Source: the human T2T-CHM13v2.0 reference genome, Homo sapiens. Taken from it: a stretch of 64,000 nt of DNA. Below the pieces are notes generated by a model, which ran no database searches, was not told the origin of the DNA, and saw only the letters and a list, made by a program, of their open reading frames with translations. Positions 13,150-25,392 of the stretch are shown here, piece by piece; the stretch's first letter is position 1, and every line of letters begins with the position of its first letter. The stretch lies in assembly GCF_009914755.1 (NCBI RefSeq), contig NC_060926.1. One strand, given 5' to 3'. A program made the translations under genes and the position numbers.

Positions 13150-15826
13150 CACATTTAAATCTTTAATTTACCTAATTTACCTTGAGTTAATTTTTGTATA
13201 TATGAATAGTCAGGATCTAGTTTGATTCTTTTACTTATGGCTAGTTAGTTACCCGAGCACCATTTGTTGAATAGGGAGGGCTTTCCTCATTGCTTGCTTT
13301 GCTCAGCCGTGTCAAAGGTCAGAAAGCTGTAGGTGTGCAGCTTTATTTCTGAGTTTTTTATTGTTTTCCATTGGTCTATGTGTCTGTTTGATACCAGTAT
13401 CATGCTGTTTTGGTTATTCTACCTAATAGTATAGTTTGAAGTTGGATAGTGTGATGCTTCCAGTTTTGTTCTTGTTGCTTAGGATTGCTTTGGCTATTTG
13501 GGCTCTTTTTTTGTTTTATATGAATTTTAGAATAAATTTTTCTAATTTGGCTAAGAATGATATTGGTAGTTTGATAGGAATAAAGTAGAATCTGTAAATT
13601 GCTTTGGGCCATATAGCTATTTTAATGATATTGATTCTTCCAATCCATGAGCATGGAATGTCTTTTCATTTATTTGTGTTTTCTCTGATTTATTTCAGTG
13701 TATATCTTTAGGAAAGTTAAGGCTTCTGTTGAATTGTACCCTTTATTAGTATGTAATGCTCTTCATTGTCCTATTTTTATTGCTTTAAAGTTTGTTTTAT
13801 CTGATGTAAGAATAGTGATTCTTGTTCTTTTTTCTGTTTGCATGGTAGATATTTCTTCATCATTTTACTTTGAGCCTGTGGGTGTTGTTACATGTGAGAT
13901 GGGTCTTGAAGACAACAGATGGTTGGGTCTTGTCTTTAGATACAGGCTTCCATTCCATGTCTTTTAAGTGCCAGGTTTAGCTCATTTGCATTCAAAGTTA
14001 CTATTGATATGTGTGATTTTCATCCTGTCATCAGGTTGTTAGCTGGCTATTATGTAGGCTTGATTGAATAGTTGCTTTAAGTGCCTGTGGGCTGTGTACA
14101 TAAATATGTTTTTGTGGTAACAGGTGTCATTCTTTTGACTCTGTATTTAGCACTTATTTAAAGACCTCTTATAAAGGTGATTTTTAAAGCCATTTGACAA
14201 TTTTGTGAGGGTTAGTTGGATTACAATTAGTAACAATAATCATTAAATGTACTTTCCCAGGCACAGATATATGAAATATTACAATGCTCCATAGGCAAAT
14301 GGAAAAGTGAGGATGCTTCAGATTGCGGAATTTGCATGCAGGGCCCCTGTGAATTGTGAAATGTGATGAGTGGTCACCTAAAGCAAATAAGGGCACTGGT
14401 GGCAGATCATATATAAAATATTAGTACAACTCAATCTTTGGTTAATTTTCAGCTGAGATTTACACAAATAGGAGTTCTAATATTTTTCCCAGAACTCAAA
14501 GAATTATTTCATGCATACACAGAAGTCCATGAGGCTGAGGGCTGCTGCAGGTACAGCCAAGTTCAGGACAGCAGTATAAAGTAGATCTTATATAGGTGAT
14601 TTACAGACCTCTTATACAGGTGTATTACCACAGCTTTTACCTGTCTGAGAAGGATTTTATTTCTCCTTCACTTATAAAGCTCAAACTATAAGCATCCTAC
14701 CAAAAAAAAAAAACCCCTAGAAAGTATCATTATTGACATCATCAGCATAGCAAAGAATTTATGGCCAAGTCCTCAAAACAATTGCAACAAAAGCAAAAAC
14801 TGAGTACTAATTAAACAAAAGAGCTTCTCCACAGCAATAGAAACCATCAACAGAGTAAACAGACAACCTATAAAATGGGAAAAAATATTTACAAACTATG
14901 CATCTGACAGAGGTCTAATACCCAGATTCTACAAGGAAGTTGAACAACAGGCAAAAAAGAAAAACAAAAACAAAACCCATTAATAAGTGGGCAAAAGACA
15001 TGAACAGACACTTTGAAAAGAAGACACACAAGCAGCCAACAAAGACATGAAAAAAAAATGCTCATCATCATTAATCATCAGATAAATGCAAATCAAAACT
15101 ACAATGACTTATCTCACACCAATCAGAGTGGCAATAATTAAAAAGCAAAAAAAAATAACAGATGCTAGTGAGGCTGCAGAGAAATAGGAATGTTTATACA
15201 CTAGTGGTGGGAATGTCTATTAGTTCAGCCACTACAGAAACAGTTTGGAGATTTCTAAAAGAACTTAACACAGAGCTACCATTTGACCCAGTAGTCACAT
15301 TACTGGGTATATACCCAAAGAAATATAGATTGTTATACCAAAATGACACCTACACTCATATGCTCATCACAACACTATTCACAATAGCAAAAACATGGAA
15401 TCCACCTAGGTGCCAGTCAATAGTTATGAAATGGATTTAAAAAAATGTGGTAAATGTACACCATGGAATACTACGCAGCCATAGAAAAGCATAAAATTAT
15501 GTCCTTTGCAGTCAGATGGATGGAGCTGGAGGCCTTAATCCTAAGCAAATTGTTTCAGGAACAAAAAAATCAAATACTGTGTGTTTTTATTTAAAAGTGG
15601 GAACTAAACATTGAGAACACATGGACATAAACTTGGGAACAATAGACACTGTGCACAACTAGTAGGGGAAGGAGGAAAATGTGAGTTTTGAAAAACTTCC
15701 TACTGGGTACTATGTTTACTACCTGGGTCCAGTATAACCATGTGAGAAATCTATACCTATACTCCCTGTTTCTAAAATAAACTTGAAATTTGAAAAAAAA
15801 ATAATAAACTCAATTAAATGAAATAA
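13150..15826 (+). mobile_element. 5'-inverted (twin-primed) L1, L1PREC2/L1PA15-16-like
   Basis: 13150-14684 is antisense L1 (ORF2, then endonuclease/ORF1 end); 14685-15826 is sense ORF2 end, 3'UTR and A tail; degenerate TSD AGAAACTAGTCC / AAAAATTAGTCC. Confidence 0.88.
14180..14585 (+). repeat. Direct copy A of a ~400-bp non-L1 segment, inserted inside the L1
   Basis: Aligns end to end with 17475-17872; about 30 substitutions and 4 indels by hand count. Confidence 0.97.
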
Positions 15827-16305
15827 AAAAATTAGTCCTAATTTTGAGACTTTTTCTATAAGAGACAGGTAATTTAGAAAAATGTGTACTGTGTGTGATC
15901 TATAAAATTTCAGAAAAAGATTGATAACCTAAAGCAAATATTAAAAATGAGAGACAAAGACAAAAAAAGAAGTTAATTGAAAAGCAGAGAAAATTTGAAG
16001 GAAAAGTTGTAGGACGACTGAAATGAATGACTCATATCAATGCCTACAAGAATATTGACACTGGAGAAGAATTTACCAGTGATATAAATGACGATTTTCC
16101 AAACCTATTTCTAAATGAAGAATGACAGAATAATGAAAGGTGAAGATATTTTATGCAACATTATCTGGGCTCCCAGCTCACATTCAGAGTGAGATGAAAG
16201 AAGGCAATAACTAGTAAGGATGGAAGAAAATGTTCTTGGGAGTAATAAAGACAATTCTAAACATATAGATATTAGAGTAGAGATAAAATAATTTTTTATA
16301 AAACG

Positions 16306-16833
16306 TCCATTTTTATGGTGTATATGTGCCACATTTTCCTTATCCAGTCTGTCATTGATGGGCATTTAGGTTGGTTCCAAGTCTTTGCTATTGTGAGTAG
16401 TGCAGCAATAAACATAGGGGTGCATGTATCTTTATAGTAGAAGGATTTATAATCCTTCAGGTACATATCCAGTAATGGGATTGCTGGGTCAAATTGTATT
16501 TCTGGTTCTGGATCCTCGAGGAATTGTTACACTGTCTTCCACAATGGTTGAACTAATTTACACTCCCACCAACAGTGTAAAAGCATTCCTATTTCTCCAC
16601 AGCCTCGCCAGCATCTGTTGTTTCCTGACTTTCTAATAATTGCCATTCCGATTGGCATGAGATGGTATCTCATTGTGGTTTTGATTTACATATCTCTAAT
16701 GGCCAGAGATGTTGAGCTTTTTTTCATACGTTTGTTGGCCGCATAAATGTCTTCTTTTGAGAAGTGTCTGTTCATATCCTTTGCCCACTTTGTGATGGGG
16801 TTGTTTTTTTCTTGTAAATTTGTTTAAGTTCCT
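16306..16833 (-). mobile_element. L1PA (about PA7-10) internal ORF2 C-terminal fragment
   Basis: Antisense ORF2 (GGTTGGTTCCAAGTCTTTGCTATTG, GAGAAGTGTCTGTTCATATCC); no 3'UTR, poly(A) or TSD visible. Confidence 0.9.
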
Positions 16834-17474
16834 TTGCACTTTCTATTATATGTAGTTCTTTTAAAAAGCTGTGTTTTTTTTTTCTCAGTCATTGTCAGAA
16901 CTTCCTTTCTGTGTTGAAGGGAAGTTTAGGCTTATATTTTTGCTTTTATATTTTCTAGATAGTAGTCTACTGATAACCACTAGATATTAGTAACTCGAAA
17001 AATTCAGAAAATTTGAAAAACTTTTCTTTATATAAAATGAAAATGAGGAGTATCCTTATGTTTAACCACTCTTTTAAGTATTTTGCCTTGAAATATTCAG
17101 TATATCTTTACATGATACAAGTGTCACTGATAGTCCTTTTTCATTGTTACATTTCTGTAAATATTTTACTATGTTTGAATATCTTGATTTTGACAAGTCA
17201 ACCACATTGAGGACATTCTGAAGTTTTCTTTAGCTCCTTATTAGAATAGTCTCTGTGAAGAATGCTGTGCTTTCATTTAGACTAGAAGATAATTCATAAT
17301 TGAAATGATCTTTACCATTTCAGAATAGTTTAAAAATTATAGGTGTAGCAGTTTAGGTCATTAGTTTACTTTGCTACTGTAATGTAGCTGTTGGAAAGCA
17401 TGTACTAGGGTAAGGATAGATAGTAGATTAGCTGATTCATTTTTGTTTTCTGTAATCGTTTTTTTAAAAAAAGA

Positions 17475-17872
17475 ATTTTTAAAGCCATTTGACCATTTTG
17501 TGAGAGTTAGTTGGATTACAATTAGTAAAAATAATTCTTAAAAGTATTTCCCTAGGCACAGATATATGGGATATTACAATGCTCCATAGGCAAATGGAAA
17601 AGTGAGGATGCTTCACATTGTGGAACATGCATGCAGGGACCCCTGCGAATTGTGATATGTGATGATTGGCCACCTAAAGCAAATGAGGGCACTGGTGGCA
17701 GGTCATATATAAAATATTAGTACGACTCAATTTTTGGTTAATTTTCTTACATAAGTAGGAGTTCTAATATGTTTTCCCAGAACTCAAGGAACTATTTCAT
17801 GCAACACAGAAGTCCATGAGACTGAGGGCTGCTGCAGGTACAGCCCAGTTTAGGACAGCAGTATAAAGTAGA
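17475..17872 (+). repeat. Copy B (probable donor) of the ~400-bp duplicated segment
   Basis: Same sequence as 14180-14585, embedded in continuous non-L1 flanks. Confidence 0.97.
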
Positions 17873-18247
17873 GGTTCCAATCTCCACATACAATTGCTTA
17901 GACTCTAATCCTGGCTCAACAAGTATTGATTGTACCTTTATTTCCTCAATTTAAAATGTTTTTATTTGGTAAAACCTAACATACTCATTAAATTTGTAAG
18001 AAGTATTACCTCCTTTCACAGAAGAGGAACACAGGCCCCAAGATGCTACATAATTGCACAAGATCACACAGCAAGCATCAGGCATGGAATTTGAGTCAAA
18101 TCAATGTGGTTTCTCAAAGTTGCCTCTCAAAATTCAGATCATACGAATATTTATCTCACAGGTATATTGTGAGAATCCAATGACACGTGAAGCATTTAGA
18201 ACAGAGTTTGGCTCACACTCAGCACTCATTGCACGTTAGTTATTATA
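17855..18247. mobile_element. MIR fragments in both orientations
   Basis: TTTCACAGAAGAGGAACACAGG...AAGATCACACAGC (minus) and ATCTCACAGG...GTGAGAAT...AAGCATTTAGAACAG (plus) match the MIR core and tail. Confidence 0.65.
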
Positions 18248-18595
18248 ACAGACATCTTATTACCATGTGGTTGTGACTACCTGTGGTGCAGGAGATGAGA
18301 AGTAAGAAGTGGAACAAGAGACTGAGGAAAAACTTGAAAGTACCCAAAAGGTATTAGCTATCTTATTTCTAATCACTCTTGGGTTCTGGCTGCTTCCCTG
18401 CCTTTTCTGTGGTTTGTGTCTTCATTCTTAGTAAAGGCTATTCTTAGATTAGAGGCATGACAGTTTTAAATCTGTATCTCATTTGCCTTTCTTTACATTT
18501 TCTATAATGACCCTGTGTTACTAATTTTATATGATGAAATGCTTAAAGAGTGAAAGAGAAAAATAAGAGAAGTAAAAAGAAATAGAAGAATAGGA

Positions 18596-18935
<340 letters not shown>

Positions 18936-19790
18936 TCACTTCTAATTACAATGTGAAATTTTGCAGGATGTAAACAAGCCGTAATTATTCAGCATGAAAA
19001 GCATTAGGATATAAAATTTAAAAGGGCAATTTTTCTAATGCCACATATCGAGACATTTTTATTTAATCAAATATTTGGAAACATAGAAATATTATATGAA
19101 AGACTGCTGCCAAAAACCAGCCAAAACATTTGGATCTTTCATTATATGTGTGTATACATATGTGAGTATGTGTTTGGCAGTGTTTCACTTTTCAAAGGTT
19201 TTGACATTTTGTACCCACATTTTGAAAGATTAAAAGTAGGATCTTCATCCCATAATGGAAACAACCATAACTGTATCACATGGAAAATCCCCACGCAGCT
19301 CACCTACTTGCTCAGGACATCTGTTACTTCATAAATTAGATAAATCATTAGCATAAGCATTACTGAAGGCAAATCAAAGCAGATTATAAAAGATTGTTCT
19401 AGTTTAAACTCCTTCACTTTACCTACAGACATTTGACTTAAGGTGTCCTTAGTAAAAACCAGTCTCACTATTCTCAAATACCAACACTTAGAAAAAAGAT
19501 GGTTGGTAACAGGCAAAATAACTTGACATCAGTTCCATTGTGAGTGATACTGGTTGGCTTTATACCAGTGGGAAACCCTTACATATTGGCATTTAATTTT
19601 TTTTTCCTAATACTGAATATTTTCTAAATGGTTGAAAAGAAATATAATTTAAGAGGACAGTCTCTCAGAAAATGGCTAAGGAGAAACCACAGTTAATATG
19701 TGTTCACTCTTCATTGGTGCAGAAAAATGTCAATATTTGGATGAAGAATCAAGTTATAAGGAATTTTTCTGTTATTTCAAAATTAAATAA

Positions 19791-20056
19791 TTCTTTGTTT
19801 GTTTGTTTTTGAGATGGAATCTGGCTCTGTCACCCAGGTGGGAGTGCAGTGGCTGGATCTCTCAGTTCACTGCAACCTCCGCCTCCCGGGTTCAAGTGAT
19901 TCTCCTGCCTCAGCCACCATACCTGGCTAATTTTTGTATTTTTAGTAGAGACGGGGTTTCACCACATTGGCCAGACTGGTCTCTAACTCCTGACCTCAAG
20001 TTGTCCACCTGCCTTGGCCTCCCAAAGTGCACGAAAGTGACCCACCAGGCCTGGCC
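19791..20056 (-). mobile_element. AluS (Sz-like) with two internal lesions
   Basis: Antisense Alu; ~30-bp deletion at 19915/19916 and a short replacement at 20031-20036. Confidence 0.93.
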
Positions 20057-20179
20057 TCGATGATGCATTAATTTTGATATTTCATGCAGTTTAGTCCCTG
20101 AAAACTTCTGTTATCTGATTATGAATATTTAGCATTAAAGAAAAATAGAAATATCTACCGTTAGATTTTGGGGGGAGGA

Positions 20180-20245
20180 TAAAGTAAAATATACGTGAAA
20201 CATCTAAACAATGCCTTGTACATAGTAGGCACTTAATAAATTATA
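20180..20245 (+). mobile_element. MIR/L2-type 3' tail fragment
   Basis: ACAATGCCTTGTACATAGTAGGCACTTAATAAAT matches the MIR/L2 terminal motif. Confidence 0.55.
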
Positions 20246-22093
20246 TCAAGAGCATTAATAATATTATCCTCACTATTATTAATTTTATAGCACATCTAGC
20301 ACTATCATTCATTTTCTAGCAACCTACACCAAAATCAAAAGTAATGACTTCTAATCATTCTAATTTGCATTATCTTACAACATCAGCAAACCGATATGGC
20401 ATAACATGGTATGCCAACAACTAATTTTTTAAAACCAAACAACAGCTTTGGCAGTATAAAGCTACAGGGTGAGATAGAAAGAAAATTTTTTTGTGTGCAT
20501 TATCTGGATTTATATTTATATTGTCCCTTTTCAGATAGCGGTAGCATTTGATACATTGAAGATATTAAATATCATTTCTTAAAATACGGTGACAGATACA
20601 TTCTGAACTCAGTTATAGGTATCTTTGCTACTTAAGTTACTTCATTACAGCAGTGACAGATTACCTCATAAGGCAATTTATTGAAAACTTTAAACAGTCT
20701 TGCCCATCACATTTAATGATACCAAAAGAATCTGGTATGATTAGTAGTGATATAATGAATATCACATGAATTAATAATATTTGGACACTTCTTGAAGTTT
20801 TAATGGCTCCATCTGTCTCTTAGTTCATTTGAAATAATTAATACTTGTCTTGCTTTTCCAGTGACAGTAATTCATACACTCTAGCCTCCAATGGTTATAT
20901 GCATCCCTGAACATGGTACCAACTATATGAATTAAGAGAGGTTGTAGAGATTGAATCCTACATTTCTAACTACCATAAAAAGAGACAGCCCCACATATGC
21001 CAGGTAGATTCTTATTTACAAAATTCAGCTTCAGGGTGGCAGGAAGGCAGAGAGAAGGAAATCAATGCAATACATGTGACAAGCATGTAACTATTACTGC
21101 AGTAAAGAAAACAAAGTCAAATAAATTCTTTTTCATGTGTTATTTGCATTTCAAGTTCTCAAAATATTTTGCAGACTGGCAAATATTTACAGAATGCAAT
21201 GGTTAGTCAATTGTCTACTATCTGACACTTTCTTTTTTGTCTTTGTATTTTGTTTTACTTGTTTACGGTTACCTAAAGCACAATGCTTACTTGAAAACTA
21301 ACTATAAATGTAAGTCCCAAACTAAAGAGAACATTCCAAGAAAATATTTTTAAAATATACATTAATAGAAAAACTGTTAGGAAAGTTAAAAGAAGAATTA
21401 TAAAATCTGAAGCTCAACTTTGTTTCAATTGGCACTAGAACAACTACACAGGATATTACAATATAAATTAGGAAAAGTATTTAGAACCCAAGAGAAGTTA
21501 TAACTGCATAACTGCACTGTACAGAGCCTTAGTAGCCTGTTCCAGATGTCAAAGCAGATATTGTGCAGAAAATTGCTGACCTGATATCTGAAATACAGAC
21601 TTTATTGATTGCAAAGAATGTGAGATGTCTGGCATGTTTGTTTTTCATATCAAGGGATTCATACTAACAGAGCTGTCATTTTCAGAAAAACTAATTGAGA
21701 CACCGTCAGTAATTGACTTTTTAATGCACATTAAAATGTTTAATAAATATTAATTTAAAATGACAAATTTTATAATTAGATCTTAAGTTGAAACAAAATA
21801 ATATTTGAGGGCATATACAGATAGAGAATTTTGAATATTTATTACTGGTCAATCATGCAGGTGAAAATATAACACACAGAGAATAATTTTTTCTTTCCTA
21901 ATACCTTTAATGAAAAGGCAAATAATTTTGCTTGCAATATACATTTTTAAAATGCAGACATGTTCACAAACTGAATAAGTAGAATCATGAAGAGATTATT
22001 AAAGGATACTTGAATTATAAAATACTACATAATTGACTAATAAATCTTATGACTAGTTGAAAAATTTGGTAGGAGCACAATTAAAAGTATATG

Positions 22094-22421
22094 CAGTCAG
22101 CACTTCATATCTGCTCTTTGCACAACCATGGATTGAACAAACTATGGATTAAAATATTCAGAAAAAAACTGAAAGGTTGTGTCTGTACTGAGCAGGTATA
22201 GACTTTTTTCTTGTTCTTCCCTAAATAATACATTATAAGAACTATTTGCATAGCATTTACATTATGTTAAGTATTTCAGATAATCTAGAGACAATTTAAA
22301 GTATGTGGGAGTATGTGCCTCAGTTGTATGCAAATTTTATTTCAAGGACTTGAGCATTTGAGGATTTTGGTATCCAGGGGAGGGCTTACAACTAATCCCC
22401 ATGAACACCAAGAAAGGACTT
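22094..22421. mobile_element. MER2 (TcMar-Tigger) DNA transposon
   Basis: CAGTC start, GTCTGTACTGA, ATAGCATTTACATT, GGACTTGAGCAT...GGATTTTGGTATCC match MER2. Confidence 0.88.
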
Positions 22422-23164
22422 TATAACTGATCAAATTTCAAATGTTAAAAAAAAATGGTTGCTAAATAACAATAATGGTCAGTACATAGCAAACACACCA
22501 CTTGTAAAGACTACAATGTAGAATTAACATTAATTTTATATTAGTGAATTATTTAATTTGTTCATGGGCATATGAAGTATTTATTGTGTGTAAAATTTAT
22601 ACACAGGCTATGGAAAGATTATAGGATCTTCTCTTTCCTTACAAAAACCCAGTTCCTGTCTTAGTTGTTTCTGAGTTTACATTTTTAAAAAGCAAACTGT
22701 TTAAATCAAATTGTCACCTTTGAAGGCACACTGGCATGAATAATAATGCTATTGTTATTATTATTATTATTTTACTCTCTAAAATTATTTTAAAAGAAAT
22801 TATTCTCACTTCTTTTTCCATGTAATGAGGTATAACGAATTTGAGAGTAATTCTATTTGTACAGTGGTCATTATTAAAGAAGAAGGAAGCAACCTGTAAG
22901 GAGGAATGTAAATTTTATAAATTACATGTGTCAAAAATTTGTCATACAATGTCCAAATGGCAAATAAAAAAGATTAGTGTGATTTTTTTTTTTTTTTTTT
23001 TTTTTGAAATTTACAAAATCTATGAAAAACATTCTAGAAAGTGGTCAGGTTTCAAGACATGAATAATCAATCTATGAAAAGCAGATATTTTTGAAGTCAG
23101 CAGGAAAAAGGATATGTAAGAAAATATATGCTAATAAAAATCTTTAAAAAATAAACCTATTTCT

Positions 23165-25065
23165 GGCAGTCCCTAGGGACTGTGGCCACAGGGGTGCTTG
23201 TGTCACTTTAACCTAGCTCCACGTGGCTCAGAACAAAGAGACAGACTCCATTTCTTTGGGATAAGTTAAGGAAAGAGAACAAAAGTCACTGTCCGGTAAT
23301 CCAAAGAATTCTTCCTAATCTTGTCCAAGGCCATCAAAGTAGCACATCTATGAATCTACAGGAACCACATTATTATTGGGCTTGTGGTCCCCTCTAAAAC
23401 AGTTACAGCTTAGATGACAGGACCCAAGTTCTTTTGCATATCTGAAAAGCCTTCCTAAGAAGGACAGGTCCAAACAAACCTGACTGCAGGATTACAAAAT
23501 GATTAGACACAGACAAACATCTACAAATGTCAAGACAATCCAAGAAAACATGAACAAAAATGGACAAATGGGATTATATCAAGTTGTTAAGAAGCTTCTG
23601 CACAGGAAAGAAAACAATCAAATAAGTGAAGAGACAACCTAAAGAATGGGAGAAATTATTTGCAAACTACATATCTGACAAGAGGTTAATAACCAGAATA
23701 TAAAGTCGCTCAAACAACTTTATAGGAAAAAATTGAATAATCCAAATTAAAAATGAACAAAAGATTTGAACAGACATTTCTCAAAGGAAAACATACACAT
23801 GGCAAACAGACAAATGAAAAGGTGCCCAACATCATTTATCATCAGAGAAATGCAAATTAAAATTTCAATGAGATATCATCTCACTCAAATTAAAATGGCT
23901 TATACCCAAAAGACAGACAATAGTAAATGCTGGTGAGGATGTGGAGAAAAGGATACCCTTGTTCCCTGTTGATGGAAATGTTACTTAGTACAATTGCTGT
24001 GGAGAAGAGGGTGGAGGTTCCTCAAATACTAAAATAAAACTACTATATAATCCAGCAATCCTATTGCTAAGTTTACATCCAGAAGAAAGGAAATCAAATA
24101 CTGCAGTTCAATATTTATTGCAGCTCTGTTCATGATAGCCAAGATTTGGATGCAACCTATGTGTCCATCATTCTTAAATGTATTAGTCCATTTCATGCTG
24201 CTGATAAAGACATACCCAAGACTGAGCAATTGACAAAAGAAAGAGGTTTAATGGACTCACACTTCCATGTGGCTGGGGAGGCCTCACAAGATGAAAGGCA
24301 TGTGTGACATGGTGGCAGACAAGAGAAAAGAGTTTGTGCAGGGAAACTCCCTTTTATAAAGCCATCAGATCTCCTGAGACTTATTCACTATCACGAGAAC
24401 AGCACAGGAAAGACCTGCCTCCATGATTCAATTGCCTCTGACCAGGTCCCTCCCACAACACATGGGAATTCAATATGAAATTTGAGTGGACACACAGCCA
24501 AACCATACCATTAAATGTGTTCTTTATGTGTTACGTATACACAATGGAGTACTATTCAGCCATAAAAAGAATAAGATTTTGTCATTTGCAACAACATGGA
24601 TGGAACTGGAGGTCATCATGTAAAGTGAAATAAGCCAGGCGCACAAAGACTAACATCACATATTCTCACTTATTTATGGGATTTAAAAATCAAAACAATT
24701 GAACTCATAGTGATAGAGAGTAGAAGTATGGTTATCACAGGCTGGGAAGGGTAGTTGGGAATGAAGGGGAAGTAGCGATGGTTCACTGGTACAAAAAGAT
24801 AGTTAAAATTAATGAATAAGGCCTAGTATTTGACAACACAACAAAGTAACTGTAGTCAATAACAATTTAATTGTGCATTGGAAAATAAGTAAATGAGTAA
24901 AATTGGATTATTTATAACACAAAAAATAAATGCTTGAGGGGATAGATATATCATTTTCCATGCTGAGATTATTATGCCTTGCATGCTTGCATCAAAACAT
25001 CTCAAGTACCCCATAAATACAAATACCTACTATGTACCCACAACATTAAAAAATAAAAAAATTAT
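23165..25065 (+). mobile_element. L1MA1/2-like element: 5'UTR piece fused directly to ORF2 end and 3'UTR
   Basis: L1M 5'UTR to about 23555, then AAAAATGGACAAATGGG ORF2 end and an L1MA1/2-type 3'UTR; degenerate 17-bp TSD at 23148-23164 and 25066-25082 (14/17 match). Confidence 0.85.
24179..24510 (-). mobile_element. THE1A-like solo LTR inserted in the L1MA
   Basis: TGTATTAGTCC...GCTGATAAAGACATACCC...CAGCCAAACCATACCA; 5-bp TSD TTAAA. Confidence 0.95.
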
Positions 25066-25392
25066 AAGATCAATCTATTTCTACTGTAGAAATAGGTTTT
25101 TATTGTTATAAGATTTTTGAAATGATAATTCCTGCTACTATGATTAATTTATGGATACAGTTTATAGAATTTTTTATTCCTTAATCTTTGTTTTTATACA
25201 AAAGAAAATTCAGACACAATAGTTGTATTGATTATGTAACTGACCTATTAGTTGATTCTCATATCTTTTTGTTATTTTTTCTATATGACATTTTTTTTCA
25301 CAATTTTAAGTCTGAAATTCTAGGACCTCATTTTATTTTTTATACAACAAATGGCCTTTTAAATATATTTTTGACATTGCCAACTTTCTTAG

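Noticed and set aside
14184-14396. Paralogous small ORFs at 14184-14396 and 17479-17673 sharing KHPHFSICLWSIVI
   Set aside because: Similarity follows from the DNA duplication; a 1-bp indel shifts the frame between copies and neither starts with ATG, so coding constraint is not indicated.
22982-23005. Long poly(T) tract, also T-rich 3228-3261, as possible retrocopy tails
   Set aside because: No matching TSD or recognisable element body found next to them.
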